A DNA stretch of 64,000 bases from an uncultured Gammaproteobacteria bacterium (GCA_964486065.1 CAZAKN010000002.1:29452-93451), one strand, 5' to 3'. Counted from the stretch's first letter, positions 20,150 through 28,424 are shown. The notes: generated from the sequence alone by a model not told the origin. Made by a program: numbers and translations.

Positions 20150-21265
20150 ATGAGTTTAAACGAATACCAACAATTTCACGAAGTTATCAGTCGCGCGCAA
20201 CGCCCCTTGATTTTATTCGGTAAAAATCATCATGAGGATGTAATCACCGCCGGTTTTTCTCTGGCGGAAGTGATTGCGCGTCTGGGCAAAGAAGCTTCAC
20301 TGGCTTCTCCCAATTTCAATTTGCCTAATAAGTTGGATTTTTTGCCTTGTAGCAGGCCGATACAAAAAGATCTTGATCGCTTGAGACAATTGGTGATCAG
20401 TTTAAATGTGGCGGAGAATAATGAAGATCCGCACATCCATCATTCCAAAGCAGAAAATAAATTCCATATTCATATCACGCCTCAAAGCGGAATCATTAAA
20501 AAGGAACACATGGAAATTTCCGACAATCATTTTCGGCATGATTTGATCATCACTTTGAACACGGCGGATTTGGAACAATTGGATATTTTTTTCAGGGAAC
20601 ACTCCGACTTTTTTTACAGCGTGCCGATTATTAACATAGATCATGAAGCCGACAATGAGCATTACGGACATCTAAACATTATCAATTTGACCGCGTCTTC
20701 AATCTCGGAAATGATTTACGAATTGATAAAACAAATCAATCATGAACATATTGATCAAGCCGTGGCCACTTGTCTACTAACCGGTATGATCGCGAAAACC
20801 AACAGTTTTAAAAACAATAAAGTTACGCCAAACAGTTTGAATATTGCCAGCGAACTAATGGCCGCCGGAGCCGACCGACAGAAAATAGTAGACAATCTTT
20901 ACGGCGGCAAATCCGTCAACGCGCTCAAATTATGGGGTCGCGTCTTAATGAATCTTAACACTTTGCATAACCAAAAAATCGCTTGGGCGGAAATTGAAGA
21001 AAAAGATTTTTTGGAAACCGATAGCTTACCGGCTGATTTATCAGGAGTGATTGATGAATTGATCGTCAATATTCCGACCGTGGAAATCACCGCCTTGTTT
21101 TTTGAAAAAGCCGGACAAAAACAGGTATTGATCAAATCCGAAAAAAATCATGATTTGATTTCTCATTTTCGCGAATTATTCCCGCAAGGAAAAAGAAATC
21201 AAATTCGCTTTGAGCTTAACCAAGACAAGCAAAACATAATCAACAAATTGAATACTTTAATATAA
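20150..21265 (+). CDS. DHH-family phosphoesterase (NrnA-like, degenerate motifs)
   Basis: IINIDHEADNEHYG, TASSISE, LLTGMIAKTNSF; DHH reads DHE. Confidence 0.8.
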   Translation: MSLNEYQQFHEVISRAQRPLILFGKNHHEDVITAGFSLAEVIARLGKEASLASPNFNLPNKLDFLPCSRPIQKDLDRLRQLVISLNVAENNEDPHIHHSKAENKFHIHITPQSGIIKKEHMEISDNHFRHDLIITLNTADLEQLDIFFREHSDFFYSVPIINIDHEADNEHYGHLNIINLTASSISEMIYELIKQINHEHIDQAVATCLLTGMIAKTNSFKNNKVTPNSLNIASELMAAGADRQKIVDNLYGGKSVNALKLWGRVLMNLNTLHNQKIAWAEIEEKDFLETDSLPADLSGVIDELIVNIPTVEITALFFEKAGQKQVLIKSEKNHDLISHFRELFPQGKRNQIRFELNQDKQNIINKLNTLI

Positions 21266-21319
21266 AAAAACGCCCCATCTGATTTTTGAACTGGAAATAT
21301 GATGATGGGGCGTTTTTTT
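21264..21319. terminator. bidirectional terminator with large loop
   Basis: AAAAAAACGCCCCATC...GATGGGGCGTTTTTTT. Confidence 0.75.
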
Positions 21320-21335
21320 ATTTTAAGCAATGAAT

Positions 21336-22337
21336 TTAGAAAAAATGAAACAGTTTGGCGATAAACAAAATATAAACCAACACGAACATAAGTGCTTCGG
21401 TTTTGCTCAGCCTCTTGTCCAATAATGTTAACCACATAAGGATAAACGAGCCAACCAAAAAAGGTATCATGGTCATATAAGCGGAAGCGCTTATCGTTAA
21501 AGGAGCAAACAATCCGACCACTCCGTAAACCACGAATACATTGAAAATATTGGAACCGAGAACATTACCCACCACCATGTCAAAATTACCGCGTCTGGCC
21601 GCCGCCACGCCAACCATCAATTCGGGCAACGAAGTACCGAAAGCCACGGCTGAAGCCGCGATCGCCGAAGAAGCAAACCCGACAATACCGGCTAAATTAA
21701 CCACCGCCTCCACAACATAATTGGAAGCAAAAACCACGACCACCAAACTGATCCCGAGAAAAATCAGACTTTTCACGATACCGGCTTCTTTTTTTAAATC
21801 TTTAACATGAGGCTCTTTACTTTTTTCTTTTAATTCCAATTTCAATTCTTTTTCAAACTTATCTCTAATGTCCGCCCTTTCGGATTTCTGCATAGCATAG
21901 GCGTAAATAACATAAACCACATAACCGAGCAAAAATATTATCGCTTCTCCCGTACTGAAAACACCATCCAATAAACTCACGATCACCAAAAAAATGGAAG
22001 CTGCCAAAAAAGGTAAATCATTGGACACAATATCCCAAGTAAAAGTGGCTTTTTTCTTGCAAAGTAAAACCGAAATTCCCAAAACCAATAATATATTGGC
22101 AATGGAAGAGCCCATAACCGTGCCACTTAAAAACTCCAACTCTCCACGGCTCACGCCGATCATTGAAGTGACCAATTCGGGAATGGAAGTACCCACCGCC
22201 ACGATCATTACGCCGATAATAAAATTGGGGAGCTTCAATATCCGTCCCAAGTTTTCGGCATAATCAGTAAAATAATCAGCTGATTTAACCAGAAAATACA
22301 GTGCCCCCGCTAAAATCGCGATCCAAAATAATAGCAT
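21336..22337 (-). CDS. calcium/sodium antiporter (YrbG-like CaCA family)
   Basis: Two alpha repeats GTSIPEL/GTSLPEL, GSSIANI/GSNIFN. Confidence 0.92.
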   Translation of the reverse strand: MLLFWIAILAGALYFLVKSADYFTDYAENLGRILKLPNFIIGVMIVAVGTSIPELVTSMIGVSRGELEFLSGTVMGSSIANILLVLGISVLLCKKKATFTWDIVSNDLPFLAASIFLVIVSLLDGVFSTGEAIIFLLGYVVYVIYAYAMQKSERADIRDKFEKELKLELKEKSKEPHVKDLKKEAGIVKSLIFLGISLVVVVFASNYVVEAVVNLAGIVGFASSAIAASAVAFGTSLPELMVGVAAARRGNFDMVVGNVLGSNIFNVFVVYGVVGLFAPLTISASAYMTMIPFLVGSFILMWLTLLDKRLSKTEALMFVLVYILFIAKLFHFF

Positions 22338-22428
22338 AAAATATTGTTAATTTCATGTATTATAGCATTTCCGTTTTATTAAAACAAAACAACTCCCAAA
22401 AGGGAGTGGCTTTGTCAAGATATAATCA

Positions 22429-22505
22429 TGGTGGGCAATACTGGATTTGAACCGGTGACCTCTGCAATGTGAATGTAGCGCTCTAATCAACTGAGCTAAT
22501 TGCCC
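22429..22505 (-). tRNA. tRNA-Val(CAC)
   Basis: GGGCAAT/ATTGCCC acceptor, anticodon loop TTCACAT, CCA; one mismatch each in anticodon and T stems. Confidence 0.9.
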
Positions 22506-22515
22506 CAATGAATAA

Positions 22516-22597
22516 ATTCTAACTCTTTTATATTGCTAAATCAAGATATTTAATAAGAATTTATCTCCTTGATTTATGATGCCCACCATGCTATTAT
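22516..22597. promoter_or_regulatory. back-to-back tRNA promoters
   Basis: - strand TTGATT-17-TAGAAT (22544-22516); + strand TTGATT-17-TATTAT (22569-22597). Confidence 0.6.
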
Positions 22598-22619
22598 GGG
22601 TTCAGTTTTCTCTGCTTTG

Positions 22620-22696
22620 GGGCCTGTAGCTCAGTTGGTTAGAGCATCACGCTTATAACGTGGAGGTCATGGGTTCAAGTCCCATCAGGCCCACCA
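22620..22696 (+). tRNA. tRNA-Ile(TAT)
   Basis: GGGCCTG/CAGGCCC acceptor, A discriminator, anticodon loop CTTATAA (TAT at 22654-22656), CCA. Confidence 0.93.
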
Positions 22697-22716
22697 TAAA
22701 GTATAAATTGAAAATT

Positions 22717-22926
22717 ATGCTGAAACACAAAAATTTATTATTTATCAGTTTGGGATTACTGGTATTGGTCTTAATCGGTGTCAGTATTATTGAACCTCTG
22801 GCTAATGCTTATCCATGGATGCAACCCGTTGTCCCATTGATTGTTTCCACGGGATTTTTCGTTTTTCTTGTCTCGGTTTCGCTGTTTGTTTATGTGATTA
22901 TCCAAAATTTCAGTCATAAAAAATAA
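22717..22926 (+). CDS. small two-TM membrane protein
   Basis: 69 aa from ATG 22717, two hydrophobic helices, between tRNAs. Confidence 0.65.
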   Translation: MLKHKNLLFISLGLLVLVLIGVSIIEPLANAYPWMQPVVPLIVSTGFFVFLVSVSLFVYVIIQNFSHKK

Positions 22927-22981
22927 AAATTGGTTTTTTTCTATTTGAAAATAATTACCAGCATTCATTTTAATTAGATAT

Positions 22982-23058
22982 GGACGCTTAGCTCAGTTGG
23001 TTAGAGCGCATCGTTGACGTCGATGAGGTCAGTGGTTCGACTCCACTAGCGTCCACCA
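22982..23058 (+). tRNA. tRNA-Val(GAC)
   Basis: GGACGCT/AGCGTCC acceptor, anticodon loop TTGACGT, CCA. Confidence 0.95.
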
Positions 23059-23129
23059 TAAAAACACGAAAACAATCATGTTTTTATGATTGAATAAAGT
23101 ATATATATCACAAATTATTCATTCCAATT

Positions 23130-23156
23130 AAAAAAATCCGCTCAGCGGATTTTTTT
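23130..23156. terminator. bidirectional terminator
   Basis: AAAAAAATCCGC-TCA-GCGGATTTTTTT. Confidence 0.8.
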
Positions 23157-23172
23157 TATTAAACAAAACAAT

Positions 23173-23928
23173 TTAGTCAAAATCTTCAGCCAATTCCCAC
23201 AACGCCTTAAAAAGCAAGACAAAAGTATTGGCGAAAAAACGATCCTTGATCAATAAAGTATCCGGTCCGCGAGAAATGCAGACATGCTCATTGAAAACCG
23301 AAATCTCCACCCTGAAATCAAATTTTGACGCTGGCAAATGCTTAAAAATCAACCTGCCATCAGCTGTAAATTCGTGAAAAATGCGATCCACTATTTTTTG
23401 ATCGGAAATATATAATGCCTTCATGCGTTTGAAGTTTTTTAGAATTCCGGCAATATGTTTCTTGCTCGTGTATTTGCGAAAATGATTGTAACTGAAAAGA
23501 TTGTAAACTTCTTCTCCGCGAATGGTCAATAAATGGTCACGCATTTTTTGCAACGCCACTTCATCTTTATCATGTTCAAAAAATTTTACTTCAGGTTTAT
23601 CTTTTGCCAAATTATACAAAGACTCCAATTGTGGCAATAAATCATCAAGCATTTCTTTTTTCTTTTTCAACTCTTTTTCCTCTTTTTCATGTAATTCAAT
23701 CAATCTCGTCGGACTTTCCGCCACATAATAAACTTTGCCCGTTTTTTCTTGCGTTCGGATCAAACCGCGAGAAATCAGATTTTTAATGTATCCGTAAACC
23801 GAAGTACGATTAAACCCGGTCTGTTCGGCCAAATCCTGAACCGAAGAAAACCCCAATTGCAAAGCCGCCAAATAAGTATCCGCTTCTTTGCCTTTTAACC
23901 CCAATTTATATAATTCTTGTTTTAACAT
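23173..23928 (-). CDS. TrmB-family transcriptional regulator
   Basis: LGLKGKEADTYLAALQLG...DLAEQTGFNRTSVY..IKNLISRGLI wHTH, coiled coil, PEVKFFE. Confidence 0.9.
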   Translation of the reverse strand: MLKQELYKLGLKGKEADTYLAALQLGFSSVQDLAEQTGFNRTSVYGYIKNLISRGLIRTQEKTGKVYYVAESPTRLIELHEKEEKELKKKKEMLDDLLPQLESLYNLAKDKPEVKFFEHDKDEVALQKMRDHLLTIRGEEVYNLFSYNHFRKYTSKKHIAGILKNFKRMKALYISDQKIVDRIFHEFTADGRLIFKHLPASKFDFRVEISVFNEHVCISRGPDTLLIKDRFFANTFVLLFKALWELAEDFD

Positions 23929-24004
23929 ATATTGATTATACCATATTTTTTATAATATTCACGAAATATTGATTTTTTATTCATATTCTTTCCACAGCTT
24001 ATCT

Positions 24005-24033
24005 TTGTCTAATTAAATGTAACATAATATAAT
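24005..24033 (+). promoter_or_regulatory. sigma70 promoter TTGTCT-17-TATAAT; predicted TSS ~24040
   Basis: -35 at 24005-24010, -10 at 24028-24033. Confidence 0.7.
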
Positions 24034-24129
24034 AAATATACGGTTGTGAAGATTTTGTGAATGATGTTTGGCATGTAATCGTCGTGGTTTTTGCGTTATT
24101 TACCTTGTTTTGAAAGAAAGGAGAAGATC

Positions 24130-24342
24130 ATGAAAGGTTCTTCCAAAAGCGGATCCAACATTCTATTTTTCCCTATCAGTGTCGATGGAAAGTCTTTGCC
24201 GCCGATTGTGGTCGGAGAAAACGGTTGCCCATTAAGTGGCTTCTCGGCCGAGGAAGTTCCATTAGTCATCGTCTGTTTGATGATTAATGGCCGACCTCTG
24301 CCGATCGGAGTTTTCAAACTTAAGCGAAAGGCACGGCGATGA
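24130..24342 (+). CDS. 70-aa small protein of unknown function
   Basis: AAAGGAG SD at 24117-24123, ATG 24130; MKGSSKSGSNILFFPISVDGKSLPP...KLKRKARR. Confidence 0.55.
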   Translation: MKGSSKSGSNILFFPISVDGKSLPPIVVGENGCPLSGFSAEEVPLVIVCLMINGRPLPIGVFKLKRKARR

Positions 24343-24625
24343 CACATAATCGGAAAAAATCTGAGGGGAAATTGAATTAAGATTTCGCTGAAAAATCTTT
24401 TGAAATACCCGGTCGTTCGCGCAATACGCGCGAACGACCGGGACACGGTGAAAACACGCAAAAACCGAAGTCGCAAAAATGTGATTTTCCATTTTTGTCT
24501 CCTTTTTGAAGGTTTTGAAAAACACAGTTTACATTCCCTGTGGGGGGCTAACGAACATTAGTGGCCATTGCGTGCCACAGGTGTCTGTTGCCTTGCCTAC
24601 ATCAACCGCAGTCTTCACACCGTGC

Positions 24626-24665
24626 GAGCGCTCGGGGATCTTATCCCCGAGCGCTCTTCCTTTTT
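24626..24665 (+). terminator. intrinsic terminator of the structured RNA
   Basis: GAGCGCTCGGGGAT-CTT-ATCCCCGAGCGCTC perfect 14-bp stem then TTCCTTTTT. Confidence 0.8.
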
Positions 24666-24670
24666 ACGCA

Positions 24671-24698
24671 AAAAATTCCGCCATAAAGCGGAATTTTT
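24671..24698 (-). terminator. leuS terminator (possibly bidirectional)
   Basis: AAAAATTCCGC-CATAAA-GCGGAATTTTT. Confidence 0.75.
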
Positions 24699-24716
24699 AT
24701 TCTAATTTTTTGTAAA

Positions 24717-27119
24717 TCAAATTACGAAACCGATTAATCTTCCTTTAACGAAAATAACTTTTTTAATTTCTTGTCCGGCCAAATATTTTTTCGCTTTGTC
24801 ACTTTGTTCGGCCAATTCTCGCACTTCACTTTCTTCGGCTTCGGGAGAAATCATGATTTTGTCTCGCACTTTACCATTGATTTGAACCACCATCTCCACT
24901 TGATCATCCACTACTAAATCAGCATTATAAACTGGCCAATCTTGCAGATGGATTGATTTATCTTCTTGAAATTCTTCATGCCACATTTCTTCAGTTAAAT
25001 GTGGCGCGAACGGAGCAAACACTCGCAAAAACAGTTTAAACGCGCCATGACTACAACCGGCTTCATAAATTTTATTGACAAAAATCATGGACGCGGAAAC
25101 AGCGGTATTAAAATGACGATTTTCAATGTCTTCGGTAATTTTCTTGATGGTTTTATGTAATTGCTTTAAAACCTCATCTTGAACTTGATCCTCGTTTACC
25201 CATTTATCAAATTGATATATGCGATCTAAAAATTTCTTCACGCCACGCAAACCATTGATATCCCAATTAACCGGCTGATTATAAGGTCCCATGAACATTT
25301 CATAAACTCGCAAAGCGTCAGCTCCGTATTCATTAACAATATCATCGGGATTGATCACATTACCTTTTGATTTACTCATCTTATTACCATCTTCCGCCAA
25401 AATCATGCCATGTGAAAACCTCCGCTTATACGGTTCGGAAACCGGTGATACTCCGATATCGTACAAAACCTTGTTCCAAAATCTTGAGTAAAGCAAATGT
25501 AAAGTGGTATGTTCCATGCCACCATTGTATAAATCCACGGGCATCCATTTTTTCATTTTTTCCCAATCCGCCAATTCCTCATCATTATGCGGATCAATAT
25601 ATCGCAAAAAATACCAAGAACTGCCCGCCCAATTGGGCATGGTGTCGGTTTCTCTTCTGGCCTTTCCGCCACAAATCGGACATTCGGTATTTACCCAATC
25701 TTCAATCGCGGCCAAAGGCGATTCTCCCGTATCGGTCGGTTCATAGCGTTCCACATGTGGCAATTCCAAAGGTAATTGATCTTCCGGCAAAGGCACCATT
25801 CCACACTTGTCGCAATAAACCACGGGAATCGGTTCACCCCAATAATGCTGTCTGGAAAAAATCCAATCACGCAAATGATAATTAACTTTTTTCTTGCCGT
25901 AATTATGCTTTTCCAACCATTTGGTAACCTTACTAACGCCCTCCGCAGGAGACAATCCATCAAAGCCTCCCGAATTTATCAACTGACCATCTTGCAAATC
26001 CGTATGCGCTTTTTTTTCAATATCACCACCACTGATGACTTGTTTTATTTCAATGCCATACTTTTTGGCAAAATCCCAATCGCGTTGATCATGCGCCGGC
26101 ACCGCCATAATCGCTCCCGTACCGTAACCAGATAAGACATAGTCAGCTATCCAAATGGGGATTTTTTCTTGATTAACCGGATTGACCGCGTAAGCACCGA
26201 TAAACACTCCGTTTTTTTCTTTTTGCAATTCCGTTCTTTCCAAATCGCTTTTCTTGATCGCCTGTTCTTGATATTTTAAAACTTCTTGTTTCCGCTCCGC
26301 GGTGGTTATCGCGTTGACCAATTCATGTTCCGGTGCCAAAACCATAAAAGTCGCGCCAAACAAAGTATCAGGTCTGGTGGTAAAAATTTTAACACTTTCT
26401 TCTCGTCCTTCAATCCCAAAATTCACTTCCGCTCCCTCACTGCGTCCGATCCAATTAATTTGCTGAGTTTTAATATGTTCCGGCCATTCCACGGTCGCCA
26501 AATCTTCTTCCAAACGATCCGCGTATTCAGTAATGGCCAACATCCATTGCTCCATGTTTTTTTTGTAAGTTTCCGCTCCGCATCGTTCACATTTCCCGTC
26601 AATAACTTCCTCATTAGCCAAACCGATTTTACAATCCGGACACCAATTGATGGGCATTTCTTTTTTATAAGCCAATCCCTTTTTTAAAAGTTGCAAAAAT
26701 ATCCATTGCGTCCATTTATAATATTGCGGATCAGTTGTATTGATCTCTCTGGACCAATCAAAACTCAAACCCAAAGCGCGCATTTGCTTTTTAAAAACCG
26801 CCACATTATCTTTGGTCACTTCCACGGGATGTTTGCCCGTTTTGATAGCAAAATTTTCCGTCGGCAACCCGAAAGCATCCCAACCCATGGGATACAAAAC
26901 ATTAAACCCTTTCATTCTTTTATAACGAGAGACAATATCCTGAGCCGCGTATCCTCGCACATGTCCCACATGCAATCCGGCGCCCGACGGATAAGGAAAT
27001 TCCACCAAACAATAAAATTTTTCTTGATCAGAATCTTGTTTTATTCGGTATAAATCATCATCTTGCCAATTCTTTTGCCATCTTTGTTCCACTTCTTGAT
27101 GCTTATATTGTTTTTTCAT
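24717..27119 (-). CDS. leuS: leucyl-tRNA synthetase
   Basis: FPYPSGAGLHVGH, GWDAFGLP, TTRPDT, GTGAIMAVPAHD, KMSKSKGN. Confidence 0.97.
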   Translation of the reverse strand: MKKQYKHQEVEQRWQKNWQDDDLYRIKQDSDQEKFYCLVEFPYPSGAGLHVGHVRGYAAQDIVSRYKRMKGFNVLYPMGWDAFGLPTENFAIKTGKHPVEVTKDNVAVFKKQMRALGLSFDWSREINTTDPQYYKWTQWIFLQLLKKGLAYKKEMPINWCPDCKIGLANEEVIDGKCERCGAETYKKNMEQWMLAITEYADRLEEDLATVEWPEHIKTQQINWIGRSEGAEVNFGIEGREESVKIFTTRPDTLFGATFMVLAPEHELVNAITTAERKQEVLKYQEQAIKKSDLERTELQKEKNGVFIGAYAVNPVNQEKIPIWIADYVLSGYGTGAIMAVPAHDQRDWDFAKKYGIEIKQVISGGDIEKKAHTDLQDGQLINSGGFDGLSPAEGVSKVTKWLEKHNYGKKKVNYHLRDWIFSRQHYWGEPIPVVYCDKCGMVPLPEDQLPLELPHVERYEPTDTGESPLAAIEDWVNTECPICGGKARRETDTMPNWAGSSWYFLRYIDPHNDEELADWEKMKKWMPVDLYNGGMEHTTLHLLYSRFWNKVLYDIGVSPVSEPYKRRFSHGMILAEDGNKMSKSKGNVINPDDIVNEYGADALRVYEMFMGPYNQPVNWDINGLRGVKKFLDRIYQFDKWVNEDQVQDEVLKQLHKTIKKITEDIENRHFNTAVSASMIFVNKIYEAGCSHGAFKLFLRVFAPFAPHLTEEMWHEEFQEDKSIHLQDWPVYNADLVVDDQVEMVVQINGKVRDKIMISPEAEESEVRELAEQSDKAKKYLAGQEIKKVIFVKGRLIGFVI

Positions 27120-27202
27120 ATTTTTGCATTAATTTACTGATATTTTAGCTTATTTCCCCGAATTAGACAAACTTGTTTAATTTTAAACAAAAATTTCAAC
27201 CA

Positions 27203-27231
27203 TTGACGAAAATTTGTTTTTTTGCTAAATT
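27203..27231 (+). promoter_or_regulatory. promoter TTGACG-17-TAAATT (extended TG)
   Basis: Upstream of the 27273 gene. Confidence 0.55.
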
Positions 27232-27272
27232 ATAATGTTATTTTTTAATAATCAAACACAAACGAGGTGAAA

Positions 27273-28352
27273 ATGGTACGGAAAACCAAAAACTATATCC
27301 AAGTGGAAATCAAACGAGGCAAGCATTCTCATCCTTTTGCCGAAGGCGCGCTTGACCAATTCCATGAATTGATTAAGGAAGCGGAAATAGTGGTCTTCAA
27401 AAATAAATATCCACTTCTAGGGAAGAAATATGTTTTCTTCATGAAAGAGCAAATCAAAGGCTCGCGTCATAAGCAAGGGAAAATCAGTTTTGACAAGATG
27501 GAAAACGGCAAACTATTTCTGACCAGTCAACCGAAAGGCAATGACACAGCTCGGAAATACATGCTGACCATACCAGCCGACTATCCGGATGATAGGCTTT
27601 TTGTGAAAATTTTACACCAAGCATACAAACGGATTTGCGAAAAACCACAAGTGGAGAAAAATTTGAAAAGACTGACTAAACTGGCTGACAATCCTCAAGT
27701 CAACTTGAAAAATTTAAAAAATCCACCATTGGAAGCATTGAACGCGGTCGGTTGGAAAAGTGAAAACGACTGGGAAAAAAGCGTTGAGTTGATGACAAAA
27801 CATGACTTTTTGGTCTTCAATATTCTAACAAAAAACATTCATAGCAGAATCTACAAAGAAGAACAAGCTAAACTCTCAGCTCAACGGAAAAAACGAATCC
27901 AAACAGCCCGGGAAAAGGAGCAAATCATGACCAGACAAATGATTAGTGAAGCGGATTTTGAAAAAGTCATGATCCGACTTTGCGAAATCTTGAAAGGCCA
28001 AACTTTCCGCAGTTTAGACATCACGGAACAAATGGCCACTGAAGTTGGTTTTAACAAGGTTAGTTCATTGCGGGCGCGCATCGGTATCAGTCTGAAAAAC
28101 GATCGCTATGTTGTCAACGCGACACCGGAAAAGAAGAAGAACATCGTCTACGATTGGAAGCAAGAAATCAAAGACGCGGCCAGATTCGGTGAAAAAGTGG
28201 ATCACAGTAATCCATTTGAGCGCAAAGCATGGCTGGAATTGGAGCTTGATCGGCTTGAAAACTCCGTAAAAAAGCTCCAGAAAACCATCAGGGAATATGA
28301 AGACGAGTTGGAAACTTTGGACGAGGAAGCTCTCAAACAAGCGGCCTCTTAA
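27273..28352 (+). CDS. hypothetical protein with possible winged-helix and C-terminal coiled coil (orphan-like, SD-led)
   Basis: GAGGTG SD before ATG 27273; long ORF; in-frame extension to 28418 beyond the TAA. Confidence 0.75.
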   Translation: MVRKTKNYIQVEIKRGKHSHPFAEGALDQFHELIKEAEIVVFKNKYPLLGKKYVFFMKEQIKGSRHKQGKISFDKMENGKLFLTSQPKGNDTARKYMLTIPADYPDDRLFVKILHQAYKRICEKPQVEKNLKRLTKLADNPQVNLKNLKNPPLEALNAVGWKSENDWEKSVELMTKHDFLVFNILTKNIHSRIYKEEQAKLSAQRKKRIQTAREKEQIMTRQMISEADFEKVMIRLCEILKGQTFRSLDITEQMATEVGFNKVSSLRARIGISLKNDRYVVNATPEKKKNIVYDWKQEIKDAARFGEKVDHSNPFERKAWLELELDRLENSVKKLQKTIREYEDELETLDEEALKQAAS

Positions 28353-28424
28353 AAAATCCATCAGATGAACGCCGAAGAACTGGCCGAATTCTTCAAACAG
28401 AATCCGGACCTGTTTTAAAAAAAC

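Larger units (their letters stand above)
24040..24665 (+). ncRNA. putative large structured RNA (~620 nt) enclosing a small ORF; family not recognised
   Basis: 5'/3' end pairing (24040-24073 with 24594-24623), 24086-24104 with 24447-24466, further nested helices, 15-bp hairpin 24408-24442, flanking promoter and terminator. Confidence 0.65.

Noticed and set aside
23988-23998. DnaA-box-like TTTCCACAG
   Set aside because: Single imperfect match with no cluster or origin context
24262-24492. - strand ORF MENHIFATSVF... with apparent AAGGAG SD
   Set aside because: Its SD and ATG are the reverse complement of the anti-SD/anti-AUG element of the + strand RNA. It runs through a perfect hairpin, overlaps the + ORF and has no evident promoter. 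Not fully excluded.
24040-24665. RNase P RNA, tmRNA, 6S or SRP identity for the structured RNA (GGAAAGTC at ~24187, GTGCCACAG at ~24572)
   Set aside because: RNase P-like fragments are out of order and the 3' ACAGAA...GGCUUA element is missing; no tRNA-like T-arm/CCA end for tmRNA; too long for 6S; no SRP GGAA-loop domain
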